From a virus (taxonomy: Duplodnaviria; Caudoviricetes), in the IMG/VR virus record IMGVR_UViG_3300032282_002376, positions 1-51,631 of that record: 51,631 nt of DNA, one strand, 5' to 3'. The first letter of the stretch is position 1. Every line of letters begins with the position of its first letter. Shown piece after piece: positions 34,432 to 43,356 of this stretch. The position numbers and the translations under genes are program-made. The notes below the pieces were generated by a model that saw only the letters and a program-made list of their open reading frames with translations, made no database searches and was not told where the DNA came from.

Positions 34432-35871
34432 ATGACCCACCAAGCCCGATTCGAAACGATAGGGGGGGATGCTGGTGACGCCCGAAAATTTTTGAGTAAA
34501 CTCAACGAACTTCCCACCATCTACAGAAAAGCCCAACACCACAGAAATATTTGGATTGACCAGGCGCATAAGTACCAGCTGCCTGAGATGGAAAGCGAGT
34601 TTGACTGGGCGATCTACTTGCTACTAGCAGGACGAGGGGCGGGAAAAACGAGAGCTGCCGCAGAATGGATATGGTGGCAAGCGTTCACCAACCCAGGCAC
34701 ACGCTGGCTGGTTGCAGCGCCCACAGCAGCTGACCTGCGCGATGTTTGCTTCAAGGGCGACTCAGGAATACTCAGCGTATGCCCTAAGGAGCTCATAGAG
34801 AACTATGCGGTATCAACATCGGAGATCACGCTAGTCGGGGGTAGCATCATCAAGGGCATACCTGCTTCCGAACCAGAGCGCTATCGCGGACCACAGTTCC
34901 ATGGTGGATGGTGTGATGAGTTGGCAGCGTGGGAGCAACTAGACGAGGCATGGAATCAGATACAGTTCGGCATGCGTCTTGGACAGAACCCTAGAATATT
35001 ATGTACAACAACGCCACGACCCAAACCTCTGATCTTTGACTTGGTAGAACGCGACGGGCAGGACGTGTGTTATGTATCAGCGACCACGTATGATAATTTG
35101 GCCAACCTAGCGCCCACCTTTAAAAATCAGATTCTCCAGTACGAAGGTACCTCTTTGGGTGACCAGGAGATTAATGCGGTGTTGTTAGACCCTGAAGACT
35201 CAGGACTTATCAAACGCTCCTGGTTTCGCCTCTGGCCATCAGATAGAGCGTTTCCTAAGTTTACTTACATCATCCAGTCATACGATTGTGCAACTTCCGA
35301 GAAGACGGTCAACGACCCCACTGCCTGTATCGTGTTAGGGGTTTTTAAACCCGAAGACGGACCTACGTCAGTGATGGTGCTGGATTGTTGGTCTGAGCGG
35401 ATACAGTACCCAGAGCTAAGAAATAAAGTCGCGGATAATTATACTGAGGTCTATGGCGACCCTGATGAGTTTGGTTCAGGGAAAAAGACAGACCTTGTCT
35501 TGATAGAGGATAAGTCTGCGGGAATTTCTTTGATACAAGACCTGCAACGCACAGGGATGCCCGTTCGGGCGTATAACCCAGGAAGAGCTGATAAAGTAAT
35601 GAGAGCAAATATAGTGTCACCTATTATCGCTAGAGGCAGAGTTTATTTGCCTGAGTCAACGGCGAACCCAGGGACACCACGGACGTGGTTAACAGAAGCG
35701 CTCAATCAATGGTGTGCGTTTCCTGAGGTTCGTAATGATGATTACGTTGACGCGCTGACTCAAGCTCTGCGTTATTTACGCGATGCGGGTATGATTAATA
35801 TTGATCCTTTGGAGCAGCAAGAGTATCACGATAATGAGTTTAAACGCAAGGGCAATCCATACGCTCAATAA
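34432..35871 (+). CDS. terL: Terminase large subunit
   Basis: Q-motif HKYQ, AGRGAGKT Walker A, WCDE Walker B, TTTP, nuclease SYD/IEDK/DDYVDA. Confidence 0.95.
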   Translation: MTHQARFETIGGDAGDARKFLSKLNELPTIYRKAQHHRNIWIDQAHKYQLPEMESEFDWAIYLLLAGRGAGKTRAAAEWIWWQAFTNPGTRWLVAAPTAADLRDVCFKGDSGILSVCPKELIENYAVSTSEITLVGGSIIKGIPASEPERYRGPQFHGGWCDELAAWEQLDEAWNQIQFGMRLGQNPRILCTTTPRPKPLIFDLVERDGQDVCYVSATTYDNLANLAPTFKNQILQYEGTSLGDQEINAVLLDPEDSGLIKRSWFRLWPSDRAFPKFTYIIQSYDCATSEKTVNDPTACIVLGVFKPEDGPTSVMVLDCWSERIQYPELRNKVADNYTEVYGDPDEFGSGKKTDLVLIEDKSAGISLIQDLQRTGMPVRAYNPGRADKVMRANIVSPIIARGRVYLPESTANPGTPRTWLTEALNQWCAFPEVRNDDYVDALTQALRYLRDAGMINIDPLEQQEYHDNEFKRKGNPYAQ

Positions 35872-35875
35872 GCGC

Positions 35876-35881
35876 TATAAT
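35876..35881 (+). promoter_or_regulatory. -10 box directly upstream of the ART-like gene
   Basis: GCTATAAT 10 nt before the ATG at 35892, with no clear SD in between (near-leaderless). Confidence 0.45.
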
Positions 35882-35891
35882 ATCACACATC

Positions 35892-37637
35892 ATGCCAAAA
35901 GTAGACGTCCAAGACCCTGTAGAATTAGAGCGCTTCGCTCAGCTTGAGCGAGAGTCTGGACCCTACATCGGTTATCCTAACGTAAAAAAGCACACGGCTC
36001 CGCAAGGGGACGTTAACGCGCTGCCAGATCCAAGAACCTACGCAGCTGTATCGGGTTTTCTAGGAACGCCTACAGAAGAACAAGGTTTTAGCGTATTTCA
36101 CCCTGATCTTAAAAATATCAGAACTGCGGGTGACTTAGGGTATGGAGCAGGCATTGCAGCTAACTTACTACCTGCGTTGGGTCCTGCAGTCAAAGGAACA
36201 GCACGGCTTGTTGGACAGGCGCTGAGTGACGCGTCGATGGGTCAAGGTTATAAAGCACTACAAAACGTAGTACCTCAACCGATGTTTGCTGTACCACCTT
36301 CGTCGTCAAAACTTACTCATGACAAATTAGACCAGCTGCTCAGCAAAGTCAAACCTATTGATGAGCTTGGACCAAATGACTTCCCTGAGTATATCGCCGA
36401 ACCGCTGTCGCATAACACAACAGGTTATCATATTACACAGGATATCACTGCGCCAATCAAGGAAGGGTTGTTGACCAACCGAAGTGTTGGTAATAACAAC
36501 GTACAAGGCTATGTACCTGAACATGTTGGTGGTGCTTATTTCTGGTCACATCCTCAGGTGGCTAGAGTTCAACGCGAGCGTTTTTATGAGATGGACCCGA
36601 ACTTTGATGACTACCCGCATGAATTTCCTGTCATGAAATTCAAACTGAACAATAAAGAGCACAGCTTTTTGCCTGATGAAGACTCAGGTGTTAATAATTG
36701 GCGTGAAAGTTACAAGGGTGGGGCTTTTGCTACAAAAAATCCAATCAGCATAGATAATCTTGAGGCTATTTACACAGGTGATGTTGAAGGTACAAAAGCT
36801 CAAATACGCTCAGCTTTCCCCTCTAAAGTTGAAACTAGTAATAAACCTACTACGCCTATAACTCCAAAACAATATAATGAAAACTTAGCAAACTTCAATA
36901 AAAATAGCAAAGAAAAAGGAGCTTGGTATCACGGCACCGCAAGTGACGTAACAGAATTTAAACCAGAACTCGGTTTAGAAAAACCCAATCAAGCAGGAGC
37001 AGCTTTTTTAACTCAAGCTCCTGAATACGCTGAGAAGTATGCTTTAGACGCCCCGATCTATATGGCAAAAGAAGCTCATAAATATTTAACGCCTGAGCAG
37101 ATGGCGTCTGCGCAAGAAAAAGCAAAACAGTATTTTAAAAAAACATATAAAGATATGCCTGAGCATAGAGACTCCATGATCAAGTCTATTGAAGAAGGCA
37201 AAGCAGTAGGAGAAGCTGAAGATCAATTGATTGCAGAATATCAAAAACATCTTCCATCAGGTCCTAATATCATGAAGGTGCATCTTAATGTGGAAAACCC
37301 TTTTGATCCTGCCATTCCTGAGCATGTTGAAGCTCTTAAGGTTTTTAATCCTAAACTAGATCCTAAACTAACAGACCGTATCGGTGTTACCGCAGTGCTA
37401 GAGCATCCTGATATACAAGCAGCAATTAAAGGCTCAGGCTTTGACTCTTTCTATACCAATGAAGACGGTTACAGAAATATTGGTGTATTTGACCCTACTA
37501 GAATAAAATCAGCTATCGGAAACGAGGGGACTTTTGATCCCACCAATCCGGTAATTACTAAGAAAGACGGAGGCTCAGTTACAGTTGAAGATCCCGTCTT
37601 AATAGAACAAAAGCTAAAGCTCATGGGGCTTATTTAA
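35892..37637 (+). CDS. Polyvalent protein with C-terminal ART-PolyVal-like ADP-ribosyltransferase domain and a second ART-like domain
   Basis: C-terminal WYHGT...AFLT..P.YA..YA...NI..VHL..ENPFD...GFDS...VFDP..IKSAIGNEGTFD; middle GYHIT...IKEGLL...GAYFW. Confidence 0.7.
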   Translation: MPKVDVQDPVELERFAQLERESGPYIGYPNVKKHTAPQGDVNALPDPRTYAAVSGFLGTPTEEQGFSVFHPDLKNIRTAGDLGYGAGIAANLLPALGPAVKGTARLVGQALSDASMGQGYKALQNVVPQPMFAVPPSSSKLTHDKLDQLLSKVKPIDELGPNDFPEYIAEPLSHNTTGYHITQDITAPIKEGLLTNRSVGNNNVQGYVPEHVGGAYFWSHPQVARVQRERFYEMDPNFDDYPHEFPVMKFKLNNKEHSFLPDEDSGVNNWRESYKGGAFATKNPISIDNLEAIYTGDVEGTKAQIRSAFPSKVETSNKPTTPITPKQYNENLANFNKNSKEKGAWYHGTASDVTEFKPELGLEKPNQAGAAFLTQAPEYAEKYALDAPIYMAKEAHKYLTPEQMASAQEKAKQYFKKTYKDMPEHRDSMIKSIEEGKAVGEAEDQLIAEYQKHLPSGPNIMKVHLNVENPFDPAIPEHVEALKVFNPKLDPKLTDRIGVTAVLEHPDIQAAIKGSGFDSFYTNEDGYRNIGVFDPTRIKSAIGNEGTFDPTNPVITKKDGGSVTVEDPVLIEQKLKLMGLI

Positions 37638-37646
37638 GGAAAACAC

Positions 37647-40232
37647 ATGGCATTACCATTCCCTCAGGATCAGAACGCTGATCGTTATATAGACCCCGTA
37701 AGCTTCGTAGGCGAGATTGATGACCTTGAAGAGGCTGAAGAAGTCAGTTTAAATGATTTATTTACTGAAGACGGGCAGGAGGAGATTGAGGAGTTAGAGG
37801 ACGGCTCTGCGTTAGTCCATATATCTAATCTAAAAGGACCTGACGAAAATCCAGACTTCTATGCTAACTTAGCTGAGTCTATAGCTGACTATGAGCTATC
37901 AAGTATTTCTCAAAAGTTCTTAGAGTTGATTGAAAAAGACAAAGAAGCGCGTAAGAAACGTGACGAGCAGTACGAAGAAGGTATTCGTCGCTCAGGACTA
38001 GGTAATGACGCCCCAGGAGGCGCTCAGTTCCAAGGAGCAAGTAAGACAGTTCACCCAGTAATGGCTGAGTCTGGAGTTGACTTTGCCGCACGGGCGATGA
38101 AAGAGCTTTTCCCGCCTGACGGACCCGTCAAGTCTAAGATGATAGGTAGCTCCAATGATGATAAACAGCGTAAGGCTGACGCCAAACGCGACTTTATGAA
38201 TTGGCAGTGTACTGAACAGATTGTAGAGTTCCGTGACGAAGAAGAGCAAATGACAACTCAGCTGCCCTTCGGAGGTTCTCAATATCTAAAGATGTGGTTT
38301 GACCCTGAGTTACGTCGACCAAGGATTGAGTTTGTACCGATAGATAATATCTACCTGCCGTACGCTTCAGTTAATTTTTATACAGCATCTAGGGTTACAG
38401 AAGTTGACGATATCATTCAAGATACGTTTGATCAGCGTGTAGCTTCGGGTTTGTACCGTGATATTAACACGTACCAATCTTCAATGGAGCCTGAGTTGTC
38501 AAAAGCAGCAAAGGCTAATTTGAAGGTAGAAGGTAAGACGGACACAGGTGAAAACCCTGATGGTATCCGCCGTACGTTTAACATCTACACGTGGTTAAAG
38601 TTAGATGACGACTCTATTTCTAAAGGCGAACGCGCCCCTTACATCTTGATGATTGATGAGGACTCGCGTCAGGTTGTAGGTTTGTATAGAAATTGGGAAG
38701 ACGGAGATGACCGTAGAGCAAAGTTAGATTGGATTATTGAGTTTAAATTTATCCCTTGGAGGGGAGCATACGCAATCGGTTTACCTCATCTTATTGGAGG
38801 TTTATCTGCAGCTCTAACTGGTGCTCTTCGCGCACTCCTGGACTCAGCTCATATAAACACTGCGGCAACGATGCTGAAGTTGAAAGGAGCTAAAATTTCT
38901 GGACAGTCACAGAACATTGAGGTTACGCAAGTTACAGAGATAGAGGGTGCTCCTGGAGTTGATGACATCCGCAAGATTGCAATGCCTATGCCATTCAATC
39001 CTCCTTCTCCAGTCTTGTTCTCTTTGCTCGGCTGGTTGACTGACGCAGCCAAAGGAGTTGTAACTACAGCTGAAGAAAAGATCGCTGACATTTCTAGCAC
39101 GGCTCCAGTAGGAACTACGCAAGCGATGATCGAGCAGGGCGCGGTAGTGTTTAGCGCTATCCACGCTCGTTTGCACGCCTCACAAGCACGTTTGCTCAAA
39201 GTACTTGCTCGTTTAAATCGCTGGCACTTTGATGAGATGGATATTGATGAGATCATAGAGGAAATCCCAGTTAATAGGGACGACTTCTCTAAGATGAGCG
39301 ATGTAGTTCCCGTCTCAGATCCTAATATATTTAGTGACACACAACGCTACGCTCAAGCTCAGGCTATCGCTCAGCGTGCGCAGGTTAACCCTCATTTGTA
39401 TAATCAGCTTGCAGTTGAAAAACGCATTCTGCAAACAATGAAGGTTCCTAATATACAAGACATTCTACCTGATCCTAGTAAAGTGGAGGACATGAACCCT
39501 GCGCTTGAAAACGTGAGTATGACGATGGGTAAACCTGTTGGAGCATTTCCAGGACAAGACCATATGGCGCATATTCAAACCCATCTGGACTTTGCCACAA
39601 ACCCCATGCTCGGCGGTGGTTCTATCATGTCTAGCACATTTTTACCTGCAGTTATCAATCACGTTAAAGAACACCTGTCTTTCTGGTATTTGGATCAGAT
39701 GAAACGCGGTTCGCAGCTTGATATTTTGAAAGTTGAGCGTATACCTATTCCTATGCAAGCAACTCTAGCAGCGACTAGCGTTAATGTTAAGCAGTTGTCT
39801 CAACAAGATCTGGCAGACATAATGAAAGCGATGGCTCCAATCCAAGAGCAGGTACAAAAAATTGTACAACAACAGCAGCAATCTATACCTATTGATCCTA
39901 ACGCTCAAGGCTTGATTAACGCTCAAATGGCAGAGACGCAACGTAAAGCGCAACAGGATCAAGCAAACTCAGCTATAGCTCAAGAAAAATTAAAAATAGA
40001 AACGGCTGAAAAACAGCAAGAGTTGATATCTGAGAGACAACTTGAAGCAGCACGTTTACAAACACAAGTCGCTATCAGTGACGCAAGCAACGTAGCTCAA
40101 GAACGTATGAAAGGTATGCAATTATCAGTAGAGACTGAGAAGATTGATGCGGAGCAACAACGCATTATTCTAGAAGAGAAGCAAATGTTGCAAGACTTGT
40201 CTGAACCAAAACCTAAAGGAGAACCTATATGA
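37647..40232 (+). CDS. Portal protein (P22-like, long C-terminal barrel)
   Basis: F.GAS...HP..AE...F.A...ELFPP.GPVK, F.PW.G.Y..GL.HLIG, APVGTT.A..E.G..V.SAIH.RLH, PVSDPNI; Gln-rich tail. Confidence 0.9.
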   Translation: MALPFPQDQNADRYIDPVSFVGEIDDLEEAEEVSLNDLFTEDGQEEIEELEDGSALVHISNLKGPDENPDFYANLAESIADYELSSISQKFLELIEKDKEARKKRDEQYEEGIRRSGLGNDAPGGAQFQGASKTVHPVMAESGVDFAARAMKELFPPDGPVKSKMIGSSNDDKQRKADAKRDFMNWQCTEQIVEFRDEEEQMTTQLPFGGSQYLKMWFDPELRRPRIEFVPIDNIYLPYASVNFYTASRVTEVDDIIQDTFDQRVASGLYRDINTYQSSMEPELSKAAKANLKVEGKTDTGENPDGIRRTFNIYTWLKLDDDSISKGERAPYILMIDEDSRQVVGLYRNWEDGDDRRAKLDWIIEFKFIPWRGAYAIGLPHLIGGLSAALTGALRALLDSAHINTAATMLKLKGAKISGQSQNIEVTQVTEIEGAPGVDDIRKIAMPMPFNPPSPVLFSLLGWLTDAAKGVVTTAEEKIADISSTAPVGTTQAMIEQGAVVFSAIHARLHASQARLLKVLARLNRWHFDEMDIDEIIEEIPVNRDDFSKMSDVVPVSDPNIFSDTQRYAQAQAIAQRAQVNPHLYNQLAVEKRILQTMKVPNIQDILPDPSKVEDMNPALENVSMTMGKPVGAFPGQDHMAHIQTHLDFATNPMLGGGSIMSSTFLPAVINHVKEHLSFWYLDQMKRGSQLDILKVERIPIPMQATLAATSVNVKQLSQQDLADIMKAMAPIQEQVQKIVQQQQQSIPIDPNAQGLINAQMAETQRKAQQDQANSAIAQEKLKIETAEKQQELISERQLEAARLQTQVAISDASNVAQERMKGMQLSVETEKIDAEQQRIILEEKQMLQDLSEPKPKGEPI

Positions 40233-40399
40233 TTAAAGAAGCACCAAACGAACCACAACGCCAACACCATCGCCTAGCTACTGGAGCTCCTTTACAGGGG
40301 ATGAAGCAAGGTGGTAAGCCTGAGCATCATAAAGGGGCAAGCTACAAAGCAGCCCCAAAAGCAGCTCCTATGCGTAAATCAGCAGGGCGCGGACGTTGA
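40229..40399 (+). CDS. 56-aa basic protein with MKQGG motif (absent from the ORF track)
   Basis: AAAGGAGAA RBS, ATGA coupling; MIKEAPNEPQRQHHRLATGAPLQGMKQGGK... Confidence 0.7.
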   Translation: MIKEAPNEPQRQHHRLATGAPLQGMKQGGKPEHHKGASYKAAPKAAPMRKSAGRGR

Positions 40400-40578
40400 T
40401 TGAATCGTTAATCAACGAATTAAGGATAGCTCAGATGGAAATCGCGAGCTCCTTAGCAGAGGGTAACGCTTCGTCTTTTGAAGCGTATAAAGAGCTCACA
40501 GGTCGGTTCGCTGGCCTTGAGCAAGCCCTCACTATAATTGATAATTTATTACATCATCAAGAGGATGACGACAGATAA
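40396..40578 (+). CDS. Small protein between portal and GroES
   Basis: LA.G.A..FE.YK...G...GL..A pattern typical of this position in podoviruses. Confidence 0.65.
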   Translation: MIESLINELRIAQMEIASSLAEGNASSFEAYKELTGRFAGLEQALTIIDNLLHHQEDDDR

Positions 40579-40639
40579 GCTACTCGATGGTCGGGTAGCG
40601 ATAACCAAGCGCTGAAAAGTGCTTAGAAGGAGAAGCCTA

Positions 40640-41053
40640 ATGGCTGAAGCAAAGTGGACTGATGAGGATTTTTTCCCCTCGATAGAAGCTGGTGTCAAAC
40701 CAGTTGGTAATAGAATCTTAATACAGATTCGACAAACCCCTAAAAAGATGACCAGTAGCGGAATTCTCTTAGTTGAGGAAACCCGTGAGACTGAAAAAGC
40801 CCAAACGATGATCGCCAAATTGATTGCAGTAGGTCCTATTGCTTTCAAGAAACGTGACTCTGGAGAGCCTTGGCCAGAGGGGGTATGGGCATCACCAGGA
40901 GACGTCGTTAGAGTTCCGAAGTGGAACGCTGATCGTTTCTTTGTAGACAACCCAGCTGATCCAGACAATCCTGTCACTTTCGGTCTTTGTAATGACACAG
41001 AGTTAATCGCTGTTGTTACAGGAGATCACACCAAACAGAGGGCTTACTTATGA
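40640..41053 (+). CDS. groES: GroES-like co-chaperonin
   Basis: KPVGNRILI, T.SGILL mobile loop, AVGP, GDVV, NDTELIAV; AAGGAG RBS. Confidence 0.85.
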   Translation: MAEAKWTDEDFFPSIEAGVKPVGNRILIQIRQTPKKMTSSGILLVEETRETEKAQTMIAKLIAVGPIAFKKRDSGEPWPEGVWASPGDVVRVPKWNADRFFVDNPADPDNPVTFGLCNDTELIAVVTGDHTKQRAYL

Positions 41054-42048
41054 CGCCGAGTGATAAACTTGAAATGCAAGAAGCTGAGGACGGCTCAGCT
41101 ACAGTCACATTGCCTAAATCTACTGAAGAAGTAAAGGTTGAGGAAGAGTCTCCTGCTGAAGAGGTAGTTGCAGTTGAAGAAGAAGCTGACGAACGACCTG
41201 AGCCAGCAGAGCACCGTGAGACGCGTAACTTATCAGACGCTGATCGTGAAAAGTTACGTGAATCTAGACGCCTAGAGCGCCAGAACAAGAAGCACGCTCA
41301 ACGTAAAAAATTAGAAGACAGCGCCCATATCATTTCAGCTCTTAAAAGGCAGAATGATGAGTTGTCAACTCGTTTATTAAATGTTGAAAACAGAACTTCT
41401 GGTGCTGAACTAGCAAGGGTTGATAAAAGCATTGAAGACTCTCAACTTAGAGTTCAATACGCTCAGGGGAAAATATCTGAAGCGTTAAAAGCTCAAGACG
41501 GCGACGCTATGGTTAAAGCGCAAGAGATGTTGTATGAGTCTAAGAAAGCGCTTGAACAATTAGACGCTGTTAAGCACAACATGCTTAATGCTGCTAAAAA
41601 TCCTCAGCAAAATAACTTACAAGTCCCAGACGCTAGAGTTCAACAAAACGCAGCAGCTTGGATGAGTAAACATACATGGTATAGAGCTGATTTAAACAAC
41701 ACTGATAGTAAGATAGCTCATGCTATTGATGTTGAATTAACCAACGAAGGGTGGGATCCTGCTACTCCAGATTACTGGGATGAACTTGATGATAGATTGA
41801 GAGACCGTATGCCTAATCGTTTTGACTCTGATTACAATGAAACTCCTGCTCAAGCTCCAAGACGTAAGTCTGTAGTTACAGGTTCAGGTAGAGAAACTGC
41901 CTCAACTGAAAAAGCTGGTGTTTTTAAGCTAGATAAAGACAGAGTAGCAGCGATGAAGGAAACTGGAGCGTGGTTTGACCCAAAGCGTAAAGCTAAAATG
42001 GTTCAGTACTACATGGCGTATGACAAAGAAAACCCTAAAAGGAATTAA
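41050..42048 (+). CDS. Putative capsid scaffolding protein
   Basis: Acidic N-terminus, long coiled coil, W...H.WY and EG.DP...YW.ELD.R motifs; between portal and capsid genes. Confidence 0.7.
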   Translation: MTPSDKLEMQEAEDGSATVTLPKSTEEVKVEEESPAEEVVAVEEEADERPEPAEHRETRNLSDADREKLRESRRLERQNKKHAQRKKLEDSAHIISALKRQNDELSTRLLNVENRTSGAELARVDKSIEDSQLRVQYAQGKISEALKAQDGDAMVKAQEMLYESKKALEQLDAVKHNMLNAAKNPQQNNLQVPDARVQQNAAAWMSKHTWYRADLNNTDSKIAHAIDVELTNEGWDPATPDYWDELDDRLRDRMPNRFDSDYNETPAQAPRRKSVVTGSGRETASTEKAGVFKLDKDRVAAMKETGAWFDPKRKAKMVQYYMAYDKENPKRN

Positions 42049-42050
42049 AA

Positions 42051-42578
42051 ATGACTGACGACAGATTAATTAAGAGCAACGCAGGTCGTGAAAGCCGTGT
42101 TAAAGAGGACACAGTTCGTAAATCAGATGGTTTAGTTTCAACTACTCCTGAAAATATGCGCGCTATGATGGAAAAATTCATTCAGGAGGCTTTACCAGAA
42201 GCTCCAGAGGTTCCTGGCTTCCATACGTGCTGGTTATCCACCACTAGCCAGTACGATCCTATCCATAAAAGGGTAAGACTTGGATATTCTCCTGTTATAG
42301 CGGACGAGATTGTAGGATTTGACCATTTAAAGGTAAAATCAGGTGAAAACGTCGGCCATATTTCAGTAAATGAAATGGTTTTATACAAAATCCCTGAAGA
42401 TATGTATCAAGCTATCATGGCTCACTTCCATCATTATGCACCTAAAGAAGAAGCTGAAAAGCTCACAGTGCAACAGGACCAATTAGTCGGCGGTATGAGA
42501 GATAGTAAAGGTAGACCGCTGGTTCATCGTGAAGGCGATGGCCAGATAGATACCGCTGCCCCTGTACCGACGTTTTGA
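42051..42578 (+). CDS. Head-module protein of unknown function
   Basis: LP..P..PG.H.CWLST...R..LGY.PV pattern. Confidence 0.65.
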   Translation: MTDDRLIKSNAGRESRVKEDTVRKSDGLVSTTPENMRAMMEKFIQEALPEAPEVPGFHTCWLSTTSQYDPIHKRVRLGYSPVIADEIVGFDHLKVKSGENVGHISVNEMVLYKIPEDMYQAIMAHFHHYAPKEEAEKLTVQQDQLVGGMRDSKGRPLVHREGDGQIDTAAPVPTF

Positions 42579-42587
42579 GGTTATAAT
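42579..42587 (+). promoter_or_regulatory. -10 box (GGTTATAAT) of the capsid operon
   Basis: Same family as the other promoter boxes; followed by a ~150-nt structured leader. Confidence 0.55.
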
Positions 42588-42740
42588 TTCACCTAAAGCA
42601 GCGCCGTTAAAAAGGTGCTGCGAAAAAACCCAATTTGACACAGGGGCAAAACAGTGTCTTTAAAAAATCACGGTATGTGATTTGTACGCTTTGAATAAAG
42701 CACAAGCAAACAAAACCTCAACTTTTTTAAGGAAACCAAA

Positions 42741-43337
42741 ATGAGTGCATTATTGCAACCGTTCGGTTTGCGCCCTGCGTTTCATCCTTCTGGATTGGAT
42801 CGTGCTCAGGCGTTGGCTGGCGGAATTCCCTCAGGATATGCAAGCAATATCTTGAAAGGTCAACCCGTAGTGTACGGAACGACCGCTAACAGTGGCACGC
42901 TTGGAACTGTTCAACCTGCTCTAGTGACAGGTACCGTAACTGGTGCTTTCGCTGGCGTGGAGTGGACTGATACAACAGGTCGTCGCCGTGTCTCTAACTA
43001 CTGGCCAGCTTCTACTGCTTATCAAGCAGGTAGTTGCGTAGCTTACTTTTATAACGATAATAATATCGTTTATGAAATTCAAGCTGACGGCTCTATGGCT
43101 CAAACGACTATTGGTAACGAGTACATGTTTACTAATATCACGTCTGGCTCCACTACTACTGGATTGTCACAAGCCACTCTTGGTTCTGCGACAGCTGTTG
43201 GTAATGGTGTACAAGGCCAAATGAGAGTGGTTGATATCGGCCAAGGTGTTGATAACAACTGGGGTGACGCTTACACTATTGTCCGCGTCGTATTAAGCAA
43301 TTCGCAATTCTTCGGTGCATTCACCGCGATTGCATAA
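42741..43337 (+). CDS. Capsid decoration / minor capsid protein
   Basis: PFGLRP N-terminus, G.F.GVE.TD..G, Y.IQADG; directly upstream of the major capsid gene. Confidence 0.7.
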   Translation: MSALLQPFGLRPAFHPSGLDRAQALAGGIPSGYASNILKGQPVVYGTTANSGTLGTVQPALVTGTVTGAFAGVEWTDTTGRRRVSNYWPASTAYQAGSCVAYFYNDNNIVYEIQADGSMAQTTIGNEYMFTNITSGSTTTGLSQATLGSATAVGNGVQGQMRVVDIGQGVDNNWGDAYTIVRVVLSNSQFFGAFTAIA

Positions 43338-43356
43338 TTAAAGAAAGGACAAAGCT

